Of a DNA stretch of 64,000 nucleotides, positions 1 through 17,436 are shown piece after piece. Positions within the stretch are counted from its first letter, which is position 1. Each line of letters begins with the position of its first letter. The position numbers and the translations under genes were made by a program. The DNA is from the human T2T-CHM13v2.0 reference genome, Homo sapiens. The notes under the pieces were generated by a model. That model was given only the letters and a program-made list of their open reading frames with translations, was not told where the DNA came from and did no database searches. Location of the stretch: NCBI RefSeq assembly GCF_009914755.1, contig NC_060930.1. One strand, given 5' to 3'.

Positions 1-303
1 CTCCGGGATCTTCCCTGGGAGAGGGCCCTTTTTTAGCTAGCGTGGTGGTGAGCCGGGTTAGAGGTTGTCTCTGAAGAAGTTAAGCGGTTGGTATTTCCTC
101 CCATGTGCAGTTCTTCTGAAGCTTGGTCCTCGGGCAGGGAGGAGGCAGGTCCTCGGGCAGGGGGCAGGGAATCGAAGACCTGCGTGGTCACAGGGGAAGA
201 GAAGAGAAAGGTCCCGGCAAGACAGTGTACATCTAGGGTCGGCTTCCAAAGGACCGGCAAGTGACAACACGGAAAATGTGAAGACAAGCCCAGGGTCATC
301 TTC

Positions 304-409
304 CGACTCTCCATGTGTTCGTGATGAACCGGAAGTGACGTCACCCTCTGGCATTGTCTTTCGACTCTCAGTGTTCGTGATGATCCAAAAGTGACTTCAC
401 CCTCTGGCA
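304..409 (+). repeat. Two-copy ~57-bp tandem duplication; copy 1 contains CCGGAAGTGACGTCAC (ETS-CRE composite motif)
   Basis: cgactctccatgtgttcgtgatgaaccggaagtgacgtcaccctctggca versus cgactctcagtgttcgtgatgatccaaaagtgacttcaccctctggca, read directly. Confidence 0.9.
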
Positions 410-3259
410 ACTCATCATTCCAACCCAGAGGGCCAGGCCATGAGGGGCCACGACTAAGCAGCTACATGTGTAAAGCACTCCAGATAGTGCCTGGGACGAT
501 CAAATTACTCTAAAGTATATGTGTTGCCCATATAAACTTGTCATACTGTGGGAAATGGTACTGTGGGTTCCGACTTAGAGCCTAATTTTAAGCCTTCTGC
601 TTCAGAATGCAAAGGAAATTCATAATAAATTCCTAACCAGTTTATAGCTGATGTCTGCTTTCAGGGAGCCTGTTTTCAATGGAGAGTCTCCCTTTGTTTC
701 TGACCCACAGTGAGTCGAGCTCTCTCTGATTTTACACAGCAAATTGGTTCCTATGCTGTTCTTCACTTCTTAGAATCCCATCAAAAAGAACACAGAGTAA
801 CTGCCTATAGAATCAGGTTCATTGGAGACTGGGAAAACTGGTGAAAGTCAACCAAACATAGAGGCATGGAAGAGTTATAGAAGAAGTTATACAGGAAGAT
901 ATTCAGTTGGTCTCCACTTCTGAGATGGCTCATTTTTTAATACCTGAGTCTAAACCACATCATGTTTCTATTTTAGTTCCTTTTAGAATTAACATACCTT
1001 TATTCACGTCTGATACACTTCAGAACTTTGGCGCAAACCATCTGTTTGGGTCTTAGACTCTTTTCCTTGGACTTCCACCGGGGCTTGCCCGACGCCAGTG
1101 GACATAGAGCATGAAAAGGCTTCCTTTATTTGTCACATCCTAGTTTCCTTCTGTTTGAATTGTTGTCAGTTGATACATTAAGGGTAGAGGAAGCACTCTT
1201 CCTCCAAGGGGAGGAGAATTCCCGCTCTCCCTCTGGGTTCTTCCCTGGAGAGGGCCCTTTTTAGCGAGGAGTGGTGATGAGCAGGGTTAGAGGTCTCTCA
1301 GAGGAGGTTAAATTGGCCCTGTACTTTCTCCTCAGTAATTCCTGAGTTGCACCTCTGCATAAACACACGCAGTCTGACATGGAAGCCTGACTCGGCTGGA
1401 ATCTGATCTCACCTCTCCTCCCTGTGCACTTGCAGGGACCTCAGCCTCTGCGGGCAGCCCTTTGGGCACCAGAGCCTTTCCTGACCCGGCTCCTGGCCAC
1501 TCTCCCTAGAGGCTTTACCTAGGGGAGCTCCCTACCGTTTCCCCAGCGAGGAGGAAGCCAGGCCCCTCTTGGGAGAGGTCGGTGATCCAATCCAGGTGAC
1601 GGGGTCGGTGGAGAAGTTCTCTCAAAGAATGTATCAGACGTAAAGGTCAGGAAGTGTCTAGCATTCCGGAACACTGGGAATTGTGATGACAGCATGACTG
1701 TGTGTCCCGGGAGAAGATCTGCTCCGTGGTCTAATGGAATCTATGGTAGATGAAAGTGTCTCATAAAAGGGTTTTTTACTGAATTTGGAAAATTCATGTT
1801 TCAGCCAAATGAATCAGAAAAGACTTTCTTTTCTTTTTTTAGCCAGAAGTGTCCATATGTTTTCAGATGCACTAGCAAAGCAAAAGCACAGAAACATCAA
1901 TTTTCTAAAAGAAGGGCAAAACCACATTTTCTCCCTGGAAAAACTCAAGAGTTGAGAAAGGGAAATTGGACATGTCATTTGGGATTATACTGAGGCAAAG
2001 TTGCCATCTGAACAGAAACTATCATTGGCAAATGCAACGTTGCCACCCTCACATCTTCCAGAAACGGCTCCTGACAAGGCTCTGACCCTCACTCACGGAT
2101 GGTTTCTTGATTCCTTGGTTGGTTTATAATGGCACAGGAGAATGCTCAATAAACGTGATCTCTCACAAATAAAGTGAGCATTCCAACAGGCGGTTCAAGC
2201 CTCAAGCATTTTTAGACAGAGCTGGGTGACTTTGTACTTTTAGGATATAGCTGAGTGAATCACTTTGAAGGTGGAGAACAAAGAGAGGGCCCATCATTGC
2301 GGAACACAGAGCTCTGGGGGTGAGGATGCTTGGGAGAGAGGCACTGCCCGCTCCAGTTGCATCGTGGACAGCACGCGTAACACAGCCTAGCCAGGCACTG
2401 GAGCAAGGTGATGAGCCTTCTCCTCGCTTCACAATCATAATCCTTCTGTTTTCCATTCATAAATGTGTTTCTAGATTTATCCACTCATCTGTATTCAAGC
2501 CAAATCTTCATGGTGAAATCCTAAGCAATCTGGCAGTTGGTGGAAAATCGGTATTTTTCAAGTCACTTGAATTGTTCAATGGTCACAAGAAACTACTAGT
2601 TGCTTATTTTAGTGAATTATGCTGCATTCAGTAAGTACCCAACATATGTATAACTGGCAAGTTTTACAAACCTTTGTTACTGAATCAGATCAAGGATAAT
2701 GATAAGCTCAGCTGGCACCTTTCCCACTGCCAGGGAAAGGACTATGTTTATATGTTAAATATTTACCAAGTGGAAAGCACATAATCATTCATTTAATCCA
2801 GGCAAATTGAATGACTACTATGTGATGGTTACAACAATGAAACCACAATAGCCCTTCTCTCCAGTAGTCACATCTGCTGTTTCCTGAGAATGACAATATG
2901 ATTCTTTTACAAGTGTTCTGTAATCAAAACACTTTACACGGGGACTTTAGAAATTCTCATATTGCAGACTTTACTTATTGCAGATGAAGAAACAGACCCA
3001 AAGAGGTGAACTCACTCATGAAAATTTCTGGAAGTTAGTAAAAAATAGGTATTGTTATTATTAGAGTGCTTTATTATTGTAACTACAAGATAGTTGTTGA
3101 GAACCTAGACAAAGCAAGCTCTGAGACACACCTCTTATGGGTGTAAATTGATACCATTACATAGCAAAGTCACTTGCATTATCTAACCAAATTAGTTTAT
3201 TTAACTAAATTGGCATTACTGAAAGCTAGAAATCCCACTCCAAAGTATATAAATTCAAC

Positions 3260-3550
3260 TCACAGCTTTCAACCTTTTTTTAATGATAAAAAACAGAAAA
3301 CATTTAATATCATAAGACAAAACACAGTTATATAAAAGTTTCACAAAACATTAATTTTGCTTACTTTGTGCAATGCAATCTGATTTTTATTGTTTTCTTT
3401 TTCCTCCCCTCTCCTCTTTTCTCCGCTGTCTTCCCTTCCCTTCTCTTCCACTGAATTTTATTTATTGAATTAAATAATATTTTCACCACCTATTAAATGT
3501 ATTTAATGATCCACTAATGGATCAAACTCTTAATTTGAAAAATGCTGCCT
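3260..3550. mobile_element. Degraded hAT-Charlie-type DNA transposon remnant (family uncertain)
   Basis: tttcacaaaaca...tgcaatctgat and terminal ccactaatggatc...tttgaaaaatgctg resemble recalled Charlie/MER ends. Confidence 0.45.
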
Positions 3551-3944
3551 GAGAAGAATTATTGTTCTTGTTGCCAGAAACACAAAAATGTGCAAAGCAA
3601 TGTCAGCAAGAGCAGAAATGTGGAACTATCACAAATGACATGGTTAAAAGGGGCAGTCATAAAATGGAACATTAAATGTGAAGGAAAGTTAGTGAACTAT
3701 AGGTGTACTTATCTCAGATGTTTCTCAAAAACCAAATGAGTAAAAAACAAGTTCCAGAAGAATGTGTATAGTATATCTACATTTATTTGTTAGTCAAAAA
3801 CCAACTGAATAATGAATTACCCAGAAATCATATATACAGCAAAGTTATTTAAAAAGCAGGAATGATTTATGCAACATTTAGAATAACTTTTACCCAGGTG
3901 GAGGAGAAAGTGGAGGAAAGATAGTGTATTCACAGTTTATGATG

Positions 3945-4560
3945 TGCATAGGTGTGGATTTTTTTGCATCTATCCCCTTGGGGCTTCAGTGTCTTGTACC
4001 TGTCCGTTGCTTTTCATCAGATTTGTGACATTTCCACTTTTCTTTCTTCAGATGGTTTTCTCTTCCCTACTCTCTCCTGACGACCTGATTACATGCCTGT
4101 TGGGCCTCTTGACACTGGCACACAGCTCAGTTTTTATTCATCTTTATTTTCTAAGCTTTAATTTACATAGTTTCTACAGATAGACTTTCAAATTTAATCA
4201 TCTTTCTTCAGCATTCTCCATTCTGTGGTCCGGCCTATCCAATGTATTTTTTGGAGTTCAGATGTTATAACTTTGTGATCTAGAATTTCCATTTGGTTCC
4301 TTTTTCTAACTTGCTTTTCTCTGTTCTCATTCTTCATCTGTTCACTTGTTCTTTCCTTTTCCCCCTAAAAATACTTGAATATCTTTATAATAATTATCTT
4401 CAAAGTTCTGTTTGCTAGCTCGAATTCTGGAACCAGAAGAACATTCTGTTAGTGTCCTTTTTTTTTCCTCTTGTTCATGAGCCCCATGTCACTTTGCACA
4501 CCTCTGAATTTTTAATGGTGTATAAAACATTGTATATAGAAGGGAATTGGAATACTCTAA
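3945..4560 (-). mobile_element. Ancient L1M fragment
   Basis: T-rich antisense L1-like text (gattacatgcctgttgggcctcttg, tctagaatttccatttggttc). Confidence 0.55.
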
Positions 4561-5756
4561 TGTTTTGTTTTGTGTTTATCTGATTTCCAGAGAATGTGAG
4601 CTCTTTTCTGTGTCTGTGGAGTAAAATGAGGAAGTTATCATCAGGTTTTACCAAAAGTCATGTTGAACCAGTGCTATGCTGTTACTTTTATAAGAATGAG
4701 CTCGCTTGCACTGAGGACAGCCTCAAGCCTTCCACTTCCCCACTGTGGCCCCAGTGGAAGGACCGGTCTATTATATTTTCATCATAGAGTGTTTGATCCA
4801 GAAAGAGGCCAGGTTCAGCTGTATCAGGCCCTCAATTCCACACACCATGAGAATAAGCAAGACTGTGCAAATTCTGTTTTTCAGTTTCTATTTCACTGAC
4901 TTTTTCTTTTTTCCTTTTTCCATAAAGTTGATTTTGTGCCATGGATAATATTCAGCATAAACAAATTATTGTTTCATTTGGTAATCTTCCAGATTCTAAT
5001 CCATCCCACCATGTCCACCATTGCTAATAGCCTGGCTGAACTTACCTTGACCTTGGAGAGTCTAATATTCTTTAAAAGGCCTCTTCTGCTGCTTCCATGA
5101 TTGAGAGACCCGTGTTTTGTCCCCTGGAACTTCCAAGGCTCTCTAATAATCTACAAAGTGTTTCTCTTGTCTAAATCAGTTCAACAATGCCTTTCTCTTT
5201 TCACCATTCATGAATATTCTCATAGATAAGGATAGTTATTGTATATTCATTCTTCTTTTAATGTTTTTTATTATTTCCACAATCAAACATTACAAGTATG
5301 TATTGTTTTCAAATATCAATGCACAACGTAAGAGCATATACTAACATTAAAAATTGTATATAATAAAACTGACTATGAATATAGGCGATGGTTCTATTCA
5401 TCTTGTTTTATGTTTACTACTCAGAATACTGAGCAAAATTTAATACGTTTTGAATTGTCTGTACAATGTTAGTAGCTTTAGACTCTGTGAGGTTGGCAGG
5501 TAATAACAGAGAGTGTTGCTTTCTATTAAAATAGACTCTAAATAACTATCGATGAGCATGAGTGTGTCAGTATTTACCAAAGCAGCTGTGGCTGTAACTC
5601 CGTTTGTTAGGTCACCATGGTGATAAAGCTGAGGTTGCGGTTTCATCACGTGGGACCAATTAGTTTCACCCTGTTCTCCAGTCACACGTGACATTCCCCT
5701 TTCTACTCACTTGGCTGACTTCACTGAGGAGACACTGGGTGACAGAATGCAGATAG

Positions 5757-5843
5757 ATCAGCACACATGTGTTGGTGACTCAGGCATCGGCACACGCGTG
5801 TTGGTGACTCATGCATCGGCACATGCGTGTCTGTGAATCATGC
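5757..5843 (+). repeat. 3 x 29-bp tandem repeat; units 1-2 carry AP-1 TGACTCA
   Basis: Units atcagcacacatgtgttggtgactcaggc, atcggcacacgcgtgttggtgactcatgc, atcggcacatgcgtgtctgtgaatcatgc. Confidence 0.9.
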
Positions 5844-7475
5844 CTGGTCATGTATGTATCTTCATACAAATGATTAAAAGTTTATGTAAATACTGATATT
5901 ATGTAGATATTATTACTACATAAATTAAGTTGAAGTTTGATGGTTGGCGAGGAAACTACTCAGTGACACAAAATATAGTCCTTTAGTCCAGAGCAATATG
6001 TTTTTGTATTGTCAAATCATTTTTGTATTAAAAATGCCTGGGGCTTCATTCATAGTAGGCTTTCCTCACATATTGTGGAATTGAGGTTGTTTCTCTAAAT
6101 ATGGACGCTTACGATGGGGTAATTATCTCTATTTGAAAAGTTATTTTTAAATACTTACTGACCTTTTTACTTGATTAGAACTAAAATGACGAAAGTTACT
6201 ATAACTTACAAGCTAGCATAACTAATGTGCTACCAAATGCTTAAAGAATGACAACATACAGGTATTCCCACTGAATGTTGCCTTAAAGAATGATGGCAGA
6301 AGTTTAGAATACCTATTATGCTTAGAATGGAATGGACATAGGGGTGGATTTTCTACCTCATCTTTGGCATTTTTGAAGAAGCTAAGTGCTGCACAAGACT
6401 GATAGAAGCTCACAGACTGCTGTGTAGTTTTTAAAACATCTTAATGGTATCTCTTTCTCTCTTCACACACATGGACACACTTCTATACACACAACTTTAA
6501 ATTAAATAGAAATAATCCTTTTTGGTTAGTTTATTGTAATTATCATTAAAATTAAAAACAAATATTCTATGCAGACATACTCAGAAATATTCCCAAACTT
6601 CAACCCTGAAAAAATGACTATATGCTTTACATATAAAATATTTGCAAAAGTTCATTGAGAACTGATTATCCTTAGACTAGACCATAGTTTTAATGGCTCT
6701 GCAAGTGGCTCAAGTGGCAAAGAGAGAAATCAAACCCACCTCCCAAAGTTTCTTCCAAAAATGAGAATAAAAGATGAGACTGTTATCTTCTATTGAGTAT
6801 CTTCCACTGAGTCCTGTTTTGTTTTTGTTTCTTCCTTGGGCCCCTTTGGCTTTCTTTCTGTTTTTAAATGTTTTGTTTTTTGATGTCATTTAATTTTTTT
6901 GTTTTATTTTTGTAAAATGTATGATCTATGAACACATCCAGTTTTCATGTCAAGGTTACCATTTCTGAAGTAATACTGCACACTTTTTAATTCGCTGGTT
7001 TGATAAGGCCTTTCTTACACGAATCTTTGAAATAAGAATTATGTGATCAGTTAGCTTTATCTGTAATCGTCACTAGGTAGTTTAGTAAATTCTATCATCC
7101 TGGGAGATAAAATAGTATATTTTCCCATGTCTTAAAAAAAAAGGGAAGTGACTTGTGAATATATCTAAGAAAATAACTGATATTTTAAAAATCATTCTAT
7201 CACTGATGCATTTTGTTATGACTATGAGGCTTCCTAAGTATCATTTGGAACCTGTATTAGATTAAGAGATAGTTAAAATGCACTGCGTAAGAGAAAAATA
7301 GAAATTTTAAAGATAGAGGGAAAGGATATTGGAGGAAGCTAAAAGGCAAAGAATCCCTGTACCTGATTATCATATATATTCCAAGTTGAAAAGGGAAATA
7401 TGAAAAGTTTACTTCTAGGAGCAAAGAGGTCTGCTGTTCACTGTTTAAATATGCGGCTTTAATGACCTGCTCAGG

Positions 7476-7634
7476 TGGGCTATAATACACCTCCACCCAT
7501 GAGTCTGTAATGAGCATGCGTTATAGAAAAATAGAGTGTGATAGGAAGTTATCATGGGCTGTAATATACCTTCACTGATGAGTCTGTAATGAGCATGCGT
7601 TATAGGAAAATAGAGTGTGACAGGAAGTTATCAA
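7476..7634 (+). repeat. Two-copy ~79-bp tandem duplication
   Basis: atgagtctgtaatgagcatgcgttatagRaaaatagagtgtgaYaggaagttatca occurs twice. Confidence 0.92.
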
Positions 7635-7906
7635 GGTTTTGAAAGAGGTGATATATTACAGACAGTGGAGACAGAGTGATGAAAGCACCGAGCATCGGAT
7701 GTTAAGGTCAACAGCAGATTGGATCAGTGGAGCCCAGCACGGCAATAAGTGGTGCAGCTGGCATTCAAGGGTTTGGGAGGAACCAGGTCATGAAGAGCCT
7801 TTAGTGCCATTAACTGGGTCAGCCCTTGTGATTTCGACAGATCATGGAGATGTATCTATATAAACACAAATTGAGAGAGACTAGATTGGGTTAGGGAGAC
7901 ATACCC

Positions 7907-7907
<1 letters not shown>

Positions 7908-7949
<42 letters not shown>
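7908..7949 (+). repeat. (CA)n microsatellite
   Basis: About 21 uninterrupted CA units. Confidence 0.98.
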
Positions 7950-7952
<3 letters not shown>

Positions 7953-7962
7953 TGCACAATCT

Positions 7963-10084
7963 TTGCCAGTTTGGGCTGCTATAACAAAAACATGAATTTA
8001 TTTTCCACAATTCTAGAGGCCAGAAATCCAAGATTAGGGCACCAGTATGGTCAGGTTCTGTCGAGGGCCTTCTTTCTGGCTTGCAAAGGGGTGCCTTTTT
8101 CTGTAACCTTACACAGTAGAGAGAAAGAGAGAGAGCTCTGATCTCTTCATTGCCTTCCAAATGCACTGATCCCATCATGGGGGCTTGGCTCCAGTCTTAT
8201 GCCCTCATCTAAACCTAATTACCTCCTAAAGGCTGCATTTCCAAATGCCAGTACATTGGGGATTAGAGCTTCAACATCTGTATTCTAGGGCGACACAGTC
8301 CTTCAGTTTATAGCATTTCTCCCTGTCCCTCCAAATTTTACATCTTCTCACATGCAAAATATATTCATTTCATCTCAACTGCTTTAAAAATCTGAACTTG
8401 TTGTATCAGAAACTCTAAATTCCAAAGTCCAAAGCTTCAACTACATAACCTCTAAGTCAGATTTAGGTGAGACATGAGGTAGAATTTATCCTAGGCGAAA
8501 TTTCTTTCCAACTATGAACATGTGAAACCAAATAAGCTACGTGCTTACAAAACACAATGGTGGAACAGACATAGCATGGATACTGCCCTTCCAAAAGGGA
8601 CAAACAGGAGACAAAAATGGAGTGATGGGTACCAAGCAGGACCTGGTGAAGTAGAGGCCCAACTTTTGGTCCACTGGGGCAGCACACTTGTCTGCACAGC
8701 TCTGCTGGGCAGGGGCCATGCCCCCAGGACTCCGATGTGTGGTGGCCCTGACCCTAGGCTGCAGGTGACCTAATCTCCACAGCATTGGGTGTAGGCTATT
8801 TTGTTTCTTAAGACCCAGGTAATATCCCCCCTCTTTTAAAACTGAAGAGGCAGCCCTGGTCATCTCTGAATTACTATTTGGGTCATTCTTTCCTTTGCTT
8901 GACGTACAGTGCACATTGGCAGCTAAACCGCTCTATAGCCCTATTCTGTGATTGCAAGTTCAGCAGTCTTCCTGCATTCTGTTCCATTTCTGTCCCCTTC
9001 AGCTAAAAACTGGCAATTGTCCTGGTAGTGTGGTTGACTAGGTCCAGGGCTCATATCCACACTAATCTCGTGTCAAATACTCAGCTTGCCCCACCTCGAG
9101 TGCTCTCTTCCTGACATGCTTTTTTATTTTTGTAATATGTACAGGTTTAGAATTTCCAAATCTTCAAAATCTGGTTCCTTTTGGTTAACAATTCAATCTT
9201 TATTTCTGTCTTCTTGCATTTTACTGTAATCAGTCAGGAGGAACTAAGCCACTCCTTCAATCCTTTTCTTAGAAATCCACTCAGCTAAATATCCAATTCC
9301 AACACTCAGAAGTTCTACCTTCCACAAAACATTAGAACATGAACACAACCCAGCAAATTTCTTTGCCACTTTGTAACAAAGATCCCCTTTATAACGTGTT
9401 CTTCATTTTCTTCCTGAGAACTCATCAGAAGATTGTTTATTAACAATATTTCTATCAACATCCTACACATGATTACATTTTATCTCTAAGAAGAGGGACG
9501 TTTTATCTGCAGCCTTCTTTTCTTCCTTAGCTCTCACCAGAATTGCCTTTAGCAATCCCTTCAGAGCCGCATCAGCTTTTTCTAGCATGGGCCTTAAAAC
9601 TTTTCCAGCCTCCACCCATTACCCAGTTCCAAAGCTGCTTCCACATTTTTAGATATTTGTTACAGCAGAACTCTCATCTGATACCAATTTCTGTTTTAAT
9701 CAATTTGGGCTGCAGTAACAAAAAATGCCATAGACTGTTGGCTTATACAATAGAAATTTATTTCTCACACTTCTGAAGGCTGGAGGTCTGAGATCAGGGC
9801 ACCAACATGATACGGTTCTGGTGAGTGCCCTCTTTCAGGTTTGCAGACAGCTGCCTTTTGCTCTAGCCTCACATAGCAGACAGAGAGAGAGAGAGAGAGG
9901 AGCTCTGATCTCTTTATCCCCTCGTAAAGGTACTAATCCCATGAGGGAGGCTCCACTTTCATGATCCCATCTAACCCTAATCACCTCCCAAAGGCCCTAC
10001 CTCCAAATATTATCACACTGGGGTACTGAGGATTTGGACCTCAACCAACATATGGATTTTGAAGGGGACATAGACACAAACATT
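7963..10084 (-). mobile_element. MaLR provirus, MLT1A/MLT1A0-like: LTR 7963-8315, internal region, LTR 9692-10084
   Basis: Two similar LTRs (ttgggctgc..taacaaaa, gagagagctctgatctct, catctaaNcctaat) flank an internal MLT-int-like segment ending gataccaatttc. Confidence 0.85.
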
Positions 10085-10418
10085 TCCTCCCTTTCTCTCT
10101 CTTTCTCCATATGCACGCACACACACATACATATATACAACACATATAAGTACACACACACACATATACAAACACAAACATTTCCTCCCTTTCTCTCTCC
10201 ATACACACACACAAACACATACGCATATATACACAAACACATACACATATATACACACACATATGTATATACAAACACAAACATTTCCTCCCTTTTTTCT
10301 CCATACACACACACACAAACACACACACACATATATGTACAAATACAAACATTTCCTCCCTTTTTCTCTCTCCATACACACACACACACACACTTATATG
10401 TATATGTATATGTATATG
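10074..10418 (+). repeat. Compound minisatellite: 4 copies of an acaaacatttcctccctttY..ctccata anchor separated by variable (CA)/(TA) tracts
   Basis: Anchors at ~10074, 10172, 10275 and 10343. Confidence 0.92.
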
Positions 10419-11519
10419 GTTCCATTTTGCTTAACAATTTTATCTTCAATTCACTCCCATAAATAAATTTTGTTTTCTTTTTGCTTAACCAGAAAATGAG
10501 TATTATAATTTTTTCCACTCCTAAAGGAACGTCAAAGCCTATCTAGTGTTGTAATATGTTAGAATATTCAAGAGCCTTTTCAGGACACAGTCTAGTGAAA
10601 CATTTTACAGGAATTTAGATCATTGCACTGAGCATTTAGGAAAATGACCAGATTTTTCTTGAGGTGTCACTAAGTCTCTGGAACAAATGGCATTCCTTAA
10701 ACATTCCTAATTGGCATTCAATTTATAAGAACAGGACCTAAATTTGAACAAGGCTGCCATGGACATTGGCCCTACCCTGCTCATCTCTCAGCCTCTTCTG
10801 AATATTTTCCCTGCCCATGATTAATTAAAGATAATTGATAAAGTACAACTTTTTCATGGGCAACTTTCATTATCTGTTTTGTTCATAAGACAAGAACTGG
10901 CCATGTAATACATACTCTGTAATATTGGCTGCCATAATCAAATGGTGAAAGTTGGAGAATGGAGGTATAAAGACTAGTGATGGAAGGGATATAGAGATAC
11001 CACTCATCCCCTTTAGGAATATCCAAGCCTGATCAGATGAAACTATCTATTTTTTTCTAATTTTAAGAAAATGGAAATTAGTACTATGCCTACTGAATTG
11101 AATCAAGAAATGTGTTCAATGCAGAATATATGGCATAATTTATTTTGCATGTTTTGGATGAAAGTAAGATAAATGGCATTATTTTCTTAAATGATAAATA
11201 CAAATCATTGGTGAACCTCAAAATGATAGTATGATGTTCCTAACTTTGTCCTTTATAAAAATTCCTCTTTTCTGACTCAAGTCACACATGTTTGATAGAG
11301 GTGGAGACTCTTGTTTCTTTAATATTTTTTTTAATCCCAATCCTAGGCCTTTCACTGCAAGAGGTCTATAGAAATTTCATGTTTAATGTAGGCACATCTG
11401 AGGATTCCAAACCTAACACATTTTCTCACTCTGCAATCTCTACACAACTTGATTTCCTGCATTCCCATGATCTCAGTTATAACCTGTAATTGAATCTCCC
11501 AAATCTATATCCCCCAAAG

Positions 11520-11520
<1 letters not shown>

Positions 11521-11566
<46 letters not shown>
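11521..11566 (+). repeat. (CA)n(TA)n compound microsatellite
   Basis: Direct reading. Confidence 0.97.
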
Positions 11567-12242
11567 TCTCTACATGTTTAAACAACCCATATGAAGATTC
11601 ATGGTTTGTTATATTTGTTTTTAATAGCCAAATCGACTTTTAAACAACTAGATTGTTGAAGGGTTGTTGGAGAGCAAATGTCATAAATCTCACTGAAATT
11701 TCCTCTAAATATTCAATTAGCTGATTTAGAGATAATAATCTTCTATACAATGAGCTAATAAGAGTTTACAACTCAAGGACATTTTAGTATTAAATAAGAA
11801 AATGCATGAAAAGCACTTAGCAAAGCAAACAGCATGAAAGAAATACATACAATGTTTTATTCTTCCATTAGATAGAAATACCTCATTAGATTTGGTGCAG
11901 TCATTTGACTATTTAAATTCTATTTCATCCTTTTTAGGAAATGCATCCTCAAATATTTCATCACTTTTACTCCCAATTTAGCATAAACTTAACTATTTCA
12001 ATAACGAGACTTTTGTGAAAATAGAATGAAGCATACAAAACAGCTAGCAAGGAATTGTTCATAACTGGACAATGGGCTAATAATACATTTTTATCATGAC
12101 AGGTCATAAAACAGAGCTCCAACATACTGCATAAAAGAAGTCAAAGATTTAAAATGTAACTTTTTCCTTAAAAAGAAAAAGAAAAATATAACATGTCAGC
12201 CCCAACATGTAAAGAATCTGGACACTGTCACTCATATTTTTA

Positions 12243-16370
<4,128 letters not shown>

Positions 16371-17436
16371 GAAGAAGAAATGGGAACAAAAGAAAAAAAA
16401 CTAAAAATCACTGACTTCCCTTGGATGAATCAGAGAATTAAGTTTGCAGAGCAAATTGCTATCTTCAAATCTCTCTCGAGAGATGAATACAGAGCATCAC
16501 AGCTGAGATAAACTTACCTACAGCAGAAGCTGCAGGTGCTATCAATGGTAGCAACACTTAAATGGCATTTTGGTGAATTATCAGAGGCTGAGTTTGGACA
16601 AACGTGAGACTGAGAGACTCCAGGAAACGTATTCTTATGGAGACCTCAAAATTTTCCTGGGCTTTACAGCCAGGAAGAAAACCAGTTTCTGCTGGTGAAG
16701 ATCTGAAAAAAAATCTTCTCAGGAAAGACCTCCTGTTGGCTCAGACAGGCGGATGGAAAGAGTAACAATTATAAACACAACTAGAGCCTTCTACATAACA
16801 AAAGGGTAAGGCCTTTGCAAGAGCCTTTCCAGAGCTAAAGGAAGGACAGTTATTCAACTTCAGCTCATTTTAGTTTTTATGTTTCACTTAAGGAAGAAAG
16901 GAAGCAAATAAACACTTGGAAAGTCACAGTCCAGGAACAGAGGACTTCTGAAACAGTTACTTTAGAAAAAATAGTTTATTCTAGATTATTTTAGAGTATC
17001 TGCCCATACTCTACCACCACATTAACAGGGATTCGATATAATAACAGTGGGTTACAGCAGAAAGAGTGTCAAGGAACAGACTCTCTCTGTGAAGGAGCAC
17101 TTACAGAAGCTTATAGTATATGCTGCAGACCAAAACATGAAAACTAGAAACAATTAGACACCTACAATTAGATAAGATATTTAATGTATTCTGACTTCTA
17201 GCCAGATAAAATTAAAAGGCAGAGATGGTCAGAGTATATGAAAATAGCAAGATCCAACTATATGTTGTCTACAAGAAACCCAATTTTAAATACAGCCACT
17301 TACATAGAGCACAAGTAAAGTGATAGAGAAAGATCCATTATGCTAACACTAGTCAAAAGGAAGTTGGAGTAGCTACATTAAATTGAGACAAAACAGACTT
17401 TAGAACAAGGACAATTATCAAAGAAAAGAAGTGCAT

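Noticed and set aside
33-410. Overlapping 98-125 aa ORFs at the left edge
   Set aside because: Non-ATG or weak starts and no recognisable homology. An exon starting at 111 cannot be excluded without upstream sequence.
10074-10418. Repeat-spacer pattern resembling a CRISPR array
   Set aside because: The spacers are CA/TA microsatellites of irregular length, there are no cas genes, and the DNA is primate.
9997-10518. Cys/Val/Tyr-rich and His/Thr-rich ORFs
   Set aside because: Translations of dinucleotide repeats.
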